Below are positions 52,901-64,000 of a stretch of DNA of 64,000 nucleotides, piece after piece. The notes under the pieces are model-generated. The model saw only the letters and a list, made by a program, of their open reading frames with translations. It did no database searches and was not told where the DNA came from. This DNA is from Octopus sinensis (lineage: Eukaryota): the NCBI RefSeq assembly GCF_006345805.1, contig NC_043019.1, positions 7,625,360 through 7,689,359 on the forward strand, written 5' to 3'. The position numbers and the translations under genes were made by a program. The first letter of the stretch is position 1. The number at the start of each line of letters is the position of its first letter.

Positions 52901-52969
52901 CATAATTACATATATACATACATAATTACATATATACATACATAATTACATATATACATACATAATTAC

Positions 52970-52980
<11 letters not shown>
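52901..52980. repeat. 20-bp minisatellite cataattacatatatacata x4 (perfect)
   Basis: Four identical units, in a larger TA-rich block at 52740-53300. Confidence 0.95.
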
Positions 52981-53016
<36 letters not shown>

Positions 53017-53247
53017 GTGTGTGTGTGTTGTGTGTGTGTGTATATGTATACCTGTGTATATATTGACTCAGACAAATACAAACGTATAAATACAATATGT
53101 ACATAAACTTGTCCATAAATACATGGGTACATCTTTACAGATATATATATATATATATACATATATATGGAACTGCTTCTCTCTCTGAATCTATCTATCA
53201 ATCTCTGCATATATGTGTGACTGTATGTACTTATATGTTCATGTGTG

Positions 53248-53303
<56 letters not shown>

Positions 53304-53645
53304 CAAACTCACATACACGCACTCAGAAGCACGCAAACATATACATAATTGCTATGATTATTGGTGTTGCTACTGTTATTTTCACATTAAAAAAAAAACA
53401 TCTTGTGGGTTGCAATAATATTTATCGAATTATGATAATTATTTTCCGCACTTCTTAATAAGTGAAATCAAATCAGAAAAGCCAAGATAAACAGAACAAC
53501 TTGTTTAATGACTGTATAATGTATTTCTAGAAGATTTCTAACAACCACCTTGTATTACCAAAGTTCACAACGAAGGCAACATTTTGAAAATGTATTGTTT
53601 ACTCCATTAAAGAATGTAAGACTTAACTATCGATGTAGAATTTGT

Positions 53646-53875
53646 GGAGGTGCAATGGACCAGTGGTTGGGGCAATAGACTCATAGACATAGAATCGCGG
53701 TTTCGATTCCCAGACCGGGTGCTGTTAGTATTTATTTAGCAAAAACACCTAAAGCTTCCAGAGGTTCTAGAGAACCCTACTGTATACTTTCAACACAACT
53801 TTCAATCTTTCTTCCTGTATTTCAAAGGGCCAGCCTTGTCATCTGAATCTCTTGTTGATATTTCACGTTGATGAA
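53646..53875 (+). mobile_element. SINE family D (tRNA head), truncated
   Basis: ggaggtgcaatggaccagtggttggggc (A-box), ggtttcgattcccagaccggg (B-box), followed by a non-tRNA body. Confidence 0.7.
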
Positions 53876-53904
53876 TTGCCTCGTTGTGTCTTTACCCAGC
53901 TGCA

Positions 53905-54445
53905 CAAGCACGGACATGGCCCGGTGGTGCGCGAAATAGTAACCTGAAGCATCAATAGGGCGCCCACAAAAATTTTAAGGTTTTCATTTCCTCTGCTAAA
54001 TTGAACGAAAATATTTTCATGAAATATTATACGCTACTTATAATGCATATGTGGTGTCAATATTTTATCGTCGGAAAATAGCCTAAAACAAAGATAAAAC
54101 ACAGTACATTATACACAAATCTGATTAATTTGCATTTTGGGGGAGCCCATAGTCGGCGTCGGAAATTGTTTTAATCAACACATTAATGTAGGTTTCAAAT
54201 TTAGAAGAAAGTGACGGGATATTCTTCAAGTTATGGGCCTTAACGCTGCAAAAATGCTCAACAAATACGGTTTACCTACTCCTGGACCCGCATTAGGCAA
54301 GAAGTTGAGGCTTTTCTTTTGTCCATGAAACTGCATGGAGCCTACGTAATGCACGTGGGAAATTTCAGTAAAATCGGTTGGATGAATCTGGAGTTTTATC
54401 ATGACAAACCCACAGATAGACACACATCCTGTGTTTTACACATAT
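53905..54445 (-). mobile_element. Degenerate non-autonomous Helitron-like element
   Basis: gcccggtggtgcgcga (~53920) resembles the reverse complement of the 6333-6360 hairpin end; aaatttcagtaaaatcggttgg..acagatagacacac near 54360-54425 resembles a reversed Helitron 5' region. Confidence 0.4.
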
Positions 54446-54565
54446 GTACACACACACACGCACAGACATATATATACATACACACACACACACACACACA
54501 CAAACAAAGATATATAGACAGACAGATAAAGAGATAGATACAGAGATAGATATAAAGATGTATAT

Positions 54566-54724
54566 GAAGAGCATTCAGTTTTCGTCTGGAAAGCGGCTCA
54601 CAAGGCTACGATAGTCCCGGTGGCCATTATAGAAATGACATGCTCTATGTGAGACACTCTGGGACTGAAAATTGAACCATGTAGTTGAAGCAGACTTCTT
54701 ACACCACAACGGTGTCTGCGCCCG
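54566..54724 (-). mobile_element. SINE family C, highly degenerate
   Basis: cagttttcgtct..ctcacaaggct..gggactgaa..aaccatgt..ctgcgcc parallels 12490-12644. Confidence 0.6.
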
Positions 54725-55371
54725 TAAATGTTTAACTTCTTATCAATGCATATCTGAGTGTGTGTTTGTGTGTATTAATGAGTGAGACTTTGTGTTACTT
54801 GTAGTGTGTATTAGTGTGTGAGCGTTTTTGACAATTAACAGAGGTAGAGTGTAATAACCTAGGATTTACGTTCACAAATACCTGAACTATTCTATAATCT
54901 TTAGTTTCTGTCTCAAGTTATCGACTTATTTCCTGATTAACCTAACATATAAAACCTACAAAACCAATATTCCGTTATGGTTTTCTTTTTCTTCTCCCAA
55001 TGATTGGTCTTTTGTATATGTTGGTCATATCGATCAGTCTGTTTGGCTAAGTGTTTGACAAATTTATCTTGCCATAAATTGTTCTTTCAAATATCGACTT
55101 GATTAGAATTCAAACGTTGTTCATTTCTAAGTTAATTTATTATGTAGTTGCCCATAAAAAATGAATTAGCAAAACGTTAAGCTAACTTTTCCCAATCAAC
55201 CAAAACCGCAATGCAGCCTACAACTCAATGCTTATATAGCAGCCAGCAACCGAATTCAGTGAGACGGCTTATGGCTACTTACCAAGAAACAAACTCTTGT
55301 AGATCTCTTGCTATTTATATATATGGTGAAGTGTAAAACCCACTTTGTCATAAATACCAAAGAGATGCGCT

Positions 55372-55659
55372 TAGAAAGGAACCCTCCGAGGCACAAGTCG
55401 TTGCAAGGTTGTTTATGGGAGCCAGCAGTTTCTCATGCATAATAGGTTCCCCTCTCAACACCTTCACCACGATTTTATCCAAGGGAAAGGCAAAGAGTCC
55501 GATACAGCATGGCACTGGTTATGTCGCAACTCATTTCTACGGCTGAGTGAACTGTAGCAACATGAAGTAATGTAACTTGCCCAAGAGCACAACAGAGGGA
55601 ATCGAACTGACTACCTCATGAATGAGAGCACGACACTGTAACCACTGACCATGCGTCTT
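55372..55659 (-). mobile_element. SINE family B-related, older copy lacking the 3' end
   Basis: gcacaagtc..gcaaggttgtttatgg..atccaagggaaaggcaaag..cgatacagc..gtcgcaactcatttctac.gctgagtgaact aligns to 17905-18100; tRNA head at 55595-55659. Confidence 0.85.
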
Positions 55660-56019
55660 CTTATATATGTATATATATATATATATATACTTTTCTCGAT
55701 GGTTTGCGTGTTCGTTTCTCTTTTTGTCATTTGTGATTTTATTTTTGATCTTCTATATAAATGAACATATTTCCTCCGTCTGTCTGCTTTTCCCTCTACA
55801 AAACGGAAAGTTACATTGCAGAACAGTCATTTTAACGAGTTGTATTTATTTATTTCTTTAGCACCCGACGAGATACATCTGCACCAGCGGATGCTTCTGA
55901 ACCAGTTGTTGAGTGTCCCACCCAAGAGAAATCGATGCTAGGTGTGTCGAAACAATTGTCGTGATTAATAATATATACCATCTTCGGTCTTTCTTTTGCT
56001 ATATATGTGTATATATATA

Positions 56020-56101
<82 letters not shown>

Positions 56102-56367
56102 TATATATATATACATGTATGTATTTGCATACAATTTTAGCGTACAATTCAGAACTGCATAATATACGGTAGAAACTTCTATCGGATATTCTGGATATTC
56201 TTCACTTAATACATTCCAAATTATATGACAAAATTTGATGGAATTAGTTGTTATTTATGAATACATATAAACACACATACACACACACACTCGTATGTAT
56301 ACGTATGTAACTGTATAAACATATATAGATATGTATGTATACATATATACATACACACACACATATA

Positions 56368-56407
<40 letters not shown>

Positions 56408-57579
56408 TTATTTATGAGTCTGTGTATATATGCATGTGTATATTGAAGCAGTATCTCTACACCACAACTTCAACATCACCCAGACGTCTTTTCTCGAACA
56501 GATCAGTATGTCATTGAACGCTGTAAATTTCGCCAGAGATTGTTGCTCCGAGCTAAACACTCGAGATACATCGGTTAAGGATGCGATCGATTTGTCGATT
56601 ATAATTCTCTTAATAATTTAATAACAACGTCTAACATTTTTGTTAATAGCAGAAAAAAAAAAAAAAAAAAAAAACCATGATATAGCCGCGCTTCTATCGG
56701 ATTATTCATTGTATAATTTCTGATGCCTTCTGTTTTGTTTTTTAATCCTAATGGTTAATAGCTGAATATTGGATAATTACGTGGAAATTCAATGAAAGCT
56801 GGCCACTATTGAAATAAACAATCACAGATTTTGGTGGTTAGGCCTCGTGTTGGTGTTTACAAGGGCAATAAAGGAAGCTCTTGAGAAAATTAAGCATTGT
56901 GAACGTGTTAAGGAATGTGTATTTATTAAAACGATGATCATTAAAGTGAGTATAGACGGAGAAAATGTGGCAATGTGAAAAGTTTAGAAAGCTTTGGGGC
57001 TGATTTGGGATTTTGAAATTTGAAATAAAAAGCGGAATTCCAGATGCCATAGATCAAATAAAAAATTTCACATATTTGTTAAACGTTAAAATCATTTACG
57101 AAATCGAAGACTGAGACGGGATAAAGGACGGGAAATTATTGGCGGAAACGAATCATGATTTGGATAAACAACACTAAATGAAGGCAAACATTTGACTCCA
57201 TTAGGGGGACACTACATGGACATACGACGTGCAAGGAATAAGAGTCAGTTCTCCTTACTTTAAACATTATCATGGCTTATATATTCTTGACACTGGTAAT
57301 TTTAGCATGATAATAAGCAAAACTATTTAGAGTTCGAATACCGTTAATATGTTTTGGAGAACGCCTGGGTTTTTAAAAAAGTAACAACAAAATCATTTGA
57401 CCTCCTAGAATTAGAAATAGCTTTCTTACATTTCCTTTCGTGATTTGGGGCAAGCATTACTATTCCGCCAAACATGATTGATAAAATAGATTAGCACTAA
57501 ATTTCCTGAGCCGATATAATCTATTCTGCCCTGCACTATTCTAAGAAATCAAGATTAATTATCTTCAACTGAAGATTTC

Positions 57580-57865
57580 CAACCAATTTTCATGGTTCGC
57601 TACCTCAACAGCTCCTTTATAGGATCCAATCGCTAAATCAGGAGGAAACACGTCCGGTTTCGGACTCTAGTCCTCAGCCGTTTTCGACGTGGCGGAGCCA
57701 GCCCTTTCGGAGGTGTCGTAAGATCCGGTGTTGAGTGCATTTTTAAAACATTTTCTGTTTTTTCATTGCCATTTTCTTCTTTCGTCGATGCAGCATCAAC
57801 GAATGACTGCAGGCGATTGACCATCCCGCTAAATTTGTCCTTAAATACTCGCTGGTAGACTACAA
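57580..57865 (-). repeat. Second copy of the ~210-285-bp module found at 18994-19205
   Basis: Shared blocks gctacc.caacag.tcctttataggatcca, atcaggagga..cac.tccggtttcgg, tcgatg.agc.tcaacga, aaattt..ccttaaatac; the middle differs in length. Confidence 0.75.
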
Positions 57866-58635
57866 CAACCATACAACATTGAAATGACAGTACCTTCAGA
57901 ATTTGGGGTACAACTATCATGTTTTATTTCTTTCTGCTCTTTAATTCTGAATCAAATCTCGCTGTAGTCAAATTTGAAGAAATTCTGTCAATTGCGATAA
58001 AGTAACCAGCCCTTAAATTACTGGCGTGGGGGGTAAGTGATTCTTTTCAAGGTGCAAATTTCTGCTCAATTAACTATCTTAATAAGTATTATTTAACATA
58101 ATTACTTTCGTATGAATAATATTTTGATTTGAAATATCTGGCGATGTTTTTAATCCCTTTGAACGGGTGTATCAAAATGTACATCTGAAAAATTGTGAAG
58201 GTTGTCATTGTTGTTGTCGTTGTCAGTGTCGTTTAGACCTGCATCTGAGGTGATTGAGCTGAACAATAAACACAAAGGTTCGAACCGTACCAATTTCGCG
58301 TGTTTATGTCTAGGACAGTGCATCTTTCTTTCACTTTTACGTTGTGATTTGAGAGGTTTTTAACTACTACTTTTAGCGGGGACGAACTAGGACAATATAC
58401 CAGCATCATTTCTAGCAACAAGAACAACAATAACAACATAACCAATTTCTGCAGATTCTATATTACCTCAACTTGTAGATTCAATCAATCGAAGTAGGAA
58501 TAATAACGAGTAAACTCCATTGAAGTTTCCCAGTAATGCACACAAATATAAACACACACATCAGCATAGATACATACATACAATATTCAAATTAAGACAG
58601 ATTTATTGAGTGTTGTGGAATAAACCTTTACACAG

Positions 58636-58760
58636 AACGTGACCTTCCATGCGAGCCATCAGATGAGGCGTGTCGATACATAAGGCATATTACACGCGAT
58701 ATTATCAACAAGCTACCTTCTTCAACACTAACCATTCTCAGAACTCCTTCACGCGATTGA
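58636..58760 (+). CDS. Weak candidate terminal exon, unidentified
   Basis: Acceptor cctttacacag|; frame (E)RDLPCEPSDEACRYIRHITRDIINKLPSSTLTILRTPSRD*. Confidence 0.22.
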
Positions 58761-58904
58761 ATACAATCGTGTCTTTGCTTCCCAGACTAAATATACTACT
58801 AATTATACATAATTATACCTCTTACAATCTCAGTTCGCGCTGTCTTTCTCATTTACTCTCTCTCACTCTCCCCAACTCTCCCTCTCCCTCTTTCTCTCTC
58901 TCCG

Positions 58905-58947
<43 letters not shown>

Positions 58948-59022
58948 ATGTGTGTGTGTGTGTGTACGTGTATTTCTGGAAGGCATTATTGCAAAGGAAA
59001 AATTCCACGCCATACACACACA

Positions 59023-59095
<73 letters not shown>

Positions 59096-59748
59096 CACAT
59101 ACGAAAATGAAGGAACTGAAATTTTGTGTACTGAGTCCCATTATTCGTTATAGAAAATACTGAATTGACCCACAGAACTCATATCCTTTTTTTTTCCTAC
59201 CGAGAGGACTTATGAGTCGCTAAAGAACAATTATGTTAGTGCGAAACGATATATAATTTTCCCTGCGTTAATTCTTGGGATAAAAGACACACGCGGAGAA
59301 TCATACGGAGAGATAAAGCCGAATACATACATTGGCACACACGCATATACACACATATGTGTATGTGTGTGCATTTGCGTGCGAATGCGTTAAAATATAT
59401 TTCCCAATTTTGCTTCCGTATATATTTATTTGCTTCAACAGACACCGAAATTTCCATTAGGATATCTACATAACATTTTGGCAAATGTTCCTGCACAGAT
59501 TTCTTTTAGCTTAAGGCAGCGTCTGACATCAGTATATGGATGTATAAAGTTGATAAATGATATACATACACACATATACATACATTCACATACGTACATA
59601 CACAGGTATATTCAGGTATGTATGAAAGTATAGATATTTGCTTTGTTCAGTATGTGTGTGTGTTTGTAGCTGAGTGTATGTGCATATGTGTGCGTGTATA
59701 TATATATGTATATATGTGTGTGTACATATATATCATATATAATATATG

Positions 59749-59785
<37 letters not shown>

Positions 59786-59880
59786 TTATATATGTAAATA
59801 TATATAATATATACATATATATCAACAATAATAATAAGGATTATTATGTATATATCTATATCTATATATCTATTATTATG

Positions 59881-59915
<35 letters not shown>

Positions 59916-60153
59916 GTATGTATGTATATACACATACATAATCAATAGGTGCGATATAGAGGCCACATAGAAGTAGTGTACAAAGGGATTAAATTAAACT
60001 CCGAGTTTTTTATCCAGGGCAAAGTCCACAGTGTGAAGAGTTGCTATAAAGAAATCCATTGGTAGCCCATGTAGTCGTTATATATCTATAATACAGTAAA
60101 GACGCTTTGAATCTGGTTTGCTTGCTTGCAATGTTACCCAGCGAAACTAGCGC

Positions 60154-60544
60154 ATAATGGGAAAATACTATGAATTATGTTTATCCTGAAATGTTAATAC
60201 AAACGGAATAAAACATGTTTCGCGGAAATCGGACAAGGGATTTTAGAGATATTAGAGGTTTTCGGGTATAAATACCCAACACGGTGTATAATGGGAAAAT
60301 ATTCCAAAAATTATCTTAATCCTGAAAGCGAAGAAACTCTTATCTTTCGACTTGACACAGTGATTTGACAACGAAACAATAGGAGCTTTTTTTTTTACAG
60401 TAAATGTTTCTAATTTCGCTTTTGTTAAAATCAATATTTTAATCATTTAGAAATAGTTTTAAATGAATGGGATTTAAAAAATGTTTATTTATTACACATT
60501 TTGTGTAATAAATAAACATGTTCGAGCGGTAGTCACCCGCTCGA
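60154..60544. other. Unclassified element: degenerate ~135-bp direct repeat plus two terminal perfect hairpins
   Basis: ataatgggaaaata at 60154 and 60288, atcctgaaa at 60183 and 60319; hairpins tattacaca-ttt-tgtgtaata (60490-60510) and tcgagcgg-tagtcac-ccgctcga (60522-60544). Confidence 0.5.
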
Positions 60545-61439
60545 TCATAATTATGTTCGGTATAATTTAAGACTTAGTGAGAATTAGAGAGCAAGAAAGA
60601 AAGAAAGAAAAGTGGAAGAGCGCAAGATAGAGAGAAAGAGAAGAAGAGAGAGAGAGAGATGGAAACAGCAGAAAATAGTGAAAGTAAGTGAAAGAACAAG
60701 CGGGAGAGATGGAGCTGGATCAAGTTCTTCATTTTGAAGCTATGAAAATCAGAGATAAAGAAAGGAAGATAACGGTTTAGTTTGGTTGTAAAAGAGATAA
60801 AAAGCAATGTATGAAAGAAAGAAACAGAAAGGTGGAGAGGGAGAGAGAGAGAGAGAGAGGGAGAGAGAGAGAGTGAGAGGGAGAGAGGAAATAGAGAAAA
60901 CGAGAGAGACGAAGATTGGTGTAAAAACTGGAGGCAGAAAACAATTTGTAAAGACACCTGGAAATTATAATTGTAAACCGCAAAATGTCTTTTTTTTTAT
61001 CCCATTTGAAACCGTAAAACATCTTTCTCCATGTTTCTTTTATGTTGGAGATCTTAGAAATGTTTTAAATCTACATTTCGCAAAGAAGTATAAGAACCAG
61101 AACAACAACAACAGCGAGGAAAAGAATAATGTGCTAAGAGCTATTATATGCCAGGAACAATAACAAGAACATCAACGACAATAGCGTCAGAAACCGAAGT
61201 ATTACTATTTAAGAGAGTATAAAAAAACATGCGACTTTGAAAATGGTAACAACAACAGCATCAACAAGAGCATGCGCAATGGCAACCATGATAACAATTA
61301 TGTCAACAATGGTAACTGCTTTAACAACAACAGAGACAAAGAGATTTGTAATTAGAAGAAAACCAAGCAATGGTGAGAAGGCGTCTGACGTAACTACGGA
61401 GACAACAGCAAAAACCAGAAACAAAATGGCAGAGCGGAG

Positions 61440-62290
61440 ACAAATAGAATTAAAGAAAAGATTGAGGAATAGGGAGAGATAGGGGGAAAGAATGAAAGAA
61501 TATCTTTAGTGAGTAAATGAAAAAGAGATGAAAGAAAGACTAAAACAAAGAATGGAGGAAGGGAAATAAAGAAATAGAGAATGTTGGAGAAGAATAAAGA
61601 GGAAAAAATTGAATGAGGTACGTGAAGAAATGATGATGAGAAATAAAGAAAGAACAAAGGAAAGAAAAGGGAAGAATGAAAATTAGGAAAGGTAAAAGGA
61701 AGAGAAAGAAAGAATGAAAGGAATGATATTAAATGGTAATGGAATTGGAGAAATATAGAGAAGGAAGGAACTGATGAATAAATAAAACAAGAACGAAGCA
61801 AACGAAGGAGATGAAAAGAAAGAGAGAAAGAGAAAGAATGAAGGAAAGAATAAAAGGAAAATAAGAGAGAAAGAAACGAAGGAAAACGAAAGAAACAAGA
61901 CATGAGAGAAAGAGCAGATTTAGAAAGTATGGAATGAGATCAGGAAAGAAATGTTGAATGAATAATAGAAGGGGATTTAGTGTAAAGGTAGTGAATGTAA
62001 GAAAGAAATGAAGAACTACGAATGAATAATGAATAAAAAATAAAAGTAAAATAATGGAAAATAAATAAACTATGAATGAAAAATATTAAAGAAGTATGAA
62101 ATAGAAAAACAAATAAATAGATTAAAATGTTAAAGAAGAAAAAATATAGGAAAAGCAGCGCGGATTAGACAAGAGATGAAAACCGAATGAAAGAGAGAAG
62201 AAAAGTGGATTAATAAATACGCTACGAAAGGAAGAAAATAAAGCAAGATGGAAAGGTATGAGAAAAATTAACGATTAAGAGAATGAGCAA
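61440..62290 (+). repeat. ~850-bp A/G-rich low-complexity polypurine-biased tract (similar tracts at 37090-37670 and 60590-60900)
   Basis: Very few C residues on the + strand; no fixed unit. Confidence 0.85.
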
Positions 62291-64000
62291 AAAAAAAGAA
62301 GGCAACGGGATATCAGTGGAAACCTCTGGAAGGAATTAAGAGTTAGGCAATGGATGAGTATTGATGCTGCAACGTGCGTTACCAAAAGAGAATTATTTGT
62401 AAGAATTTGGTCAGATACATGACATACGTTAATACATACATGCATACATACATGCATACATACATACATATATTACGACCTCGAAGCGAATGTATTTATC
62501 TTTCAGGTTAATGCTCGCTGAATCTGCGTTTTTGTGAATAAAAATTAAAGGGAAACAGCAAAATAGATAGAAATCTTTTTGACAAGGATCAATTACAGAG
62601 GAAACTGCTAAAGTGTTTAAGAGCTGAATGATGCAGGTAACTAGTTTCGTGGTTCTAGTAATAAACTCGATGATGTTCCAGTATAAAGGAAACCGTATTC
62701 AGTTTTAGTTTTCGGAAATGTCCATCCGCGACAGTTCTTGCTCCACTTGTACAGCTTCAGCATAACTGTGAGCTAAAGGTTTAAGATACCTGAGGGACAG
62801 GGACCTGTGATGTACAAGGTGCGGGTGTAAATGCCTGGAATGATAATTTCAGACATACACCCCTTACATTTCGAGGAAAGAAAATATACTACCCGGGGTT
62901 GTTGGTTTTAAATAAAGGTTTTGTATTTCTAGGGTTTAAATATCTTAGATTGTGGTCAAATGCAATGAGATTGTGCTTGTTTCATTGGGTTTTGCTGGCA
63001 AATTCTTCCCTATGTCGCTTCCGTGTATTTGACTCTTCCAACGCCATGCAATTCGATGGCTTGGATTTCTGTCGGTTGCCGAGCGTTGGTAGAATTTTCA
63101 TGTATGTGGATATTTATTAAGTAGTTGCAATGAGACAGTGATAGGATTACCTGATAAATGCGGTTAGCGTTTTAGTTCAGATTATGTTCGAAAGGGAGAA
63201 ATAAATAGTGTTTAAATTACTGATTCAAGACCAGCTATATTGCCTACCAGCGTTATTGTTACAATAAATTACTTATTGGAAATAGTAAGATTTCTTTTCA
63301 ACAAGTGATACAGAATACCTCTAAACTAGAGACACATTCATATTTATATAACATTTTAGTAATTTATAAACCAATATAAACTCTTTTTGAACGATGAATT
63401 CCAAACTGCCATAAAGTTTTATGAAGACATAATCTACAACACAGAATGGAGAACAATACGATTTTGCTTGCCTATGAATTCTATCGTATTATATCATGTT
63501 ATAATGTCTTTTAATGGTAGTTCTATATGAAATATATTTAACAAATGTTTTCAAAGACTTGGGTAAATATTGGTTTGAGTTTCTACTTTTAGTATATATA
63601 TTATATAGGCTCCTCCTCAAAGGAAAATATTGGTAATTGAACCACTAAGGAAGTATTGATCATGTATATTCGAAGAACAATTAGAAACAGGAAAAGAAAT
63701 TGTGACCAAGGTATTTTTGTTCCTTACAAGAAAGAGCGGATGTAGGAAGGATATAATGAAGAAGGGAGATGAAAGGTGAACAAATGAAGGTAAAAAAGAA
63801 ACAATTTATATAAAGCATGTCACGGTGAACAGGTGACTCACAGGTTAGAAATCTAGGCTGATGAGAGAAAAGATTCAACGAAGATCATCATGAAAAAAGT
63901 ATGTTGTGAATTATTCAGTGAATGGTGTATTTGGACCACATTCCTATGGACAAAGCGAATGCTTTGCCATTTCCGTAATGCAAAATATTTTACTGCAGAA

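Noticed and set aside
56860-57300. Possible very old RT or hAT transposase remnant (IKVSIDGENV.., DQIKNFTYL..)
   Set aside because: Only short ambiguous motifs with many stops; two incompatible interpretations fit equally badly.
58233-58445. Minus-strand ORF with a C-type-lectin-like ERCTVLDINTRNW..C string
   Set aside because: No WND motif or correct cysteine spacing, weak donor, and the N-terminal part is simple repeat.
62507-63120. Exon-like AG/GT pairs (62507-62637, 62755-62818) and minus-strand peptide YLKPLAHSYAEAVQVEQELSRMDISEN
   Set aside because: Plus-strand candidates have stops in all frames, and the minus-strand peptide is short and unassignable.

Overview
AT-rich eukaryotic genomic DNA, intronic or intergenic in character. 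The very dense (TA)n/(TACA)n/(GATA)n/(AAT)n microsatellites and several recurring tRNA-headed SINE families point to a cephalopod, most likely Octopus (inference from repeat content). I recognise no intact, nameable protein-coding gene, rRNA, functional tRNA or CRISPR array, and almost all long ORFs in the supplied track are translations of simple repeats. The window holds about 20 SINE copies in four families (called A-D here), decayed LINE pieces (CR1/L2-like 3' end, RTE 3' end with TSD, HERO-like restriction-like-endonuclease region, a 1.8-kb R4/Dong-like relic carrying a nested young SINE), a clean non-autonomous Helitron, a probable mariner 5' end, two >1-kb near-pure AT tracts, one promoter-like motif cluster (35.2-35.5 kb) and a few weak candidate exons. 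The most unusual object is a ~475-bp palindromic element at 121-596. It has two head-to-head tRNA-like Pol III heads, each followed by a body ending in a Penelope-type minimal hammerhead ribozyme motif (core present on the right arm, deleted on the left). A second, unrelated minimal hammerhead motif lies 1 kb downstream. All calls come from reading the sequence by eye; no database searches were run.
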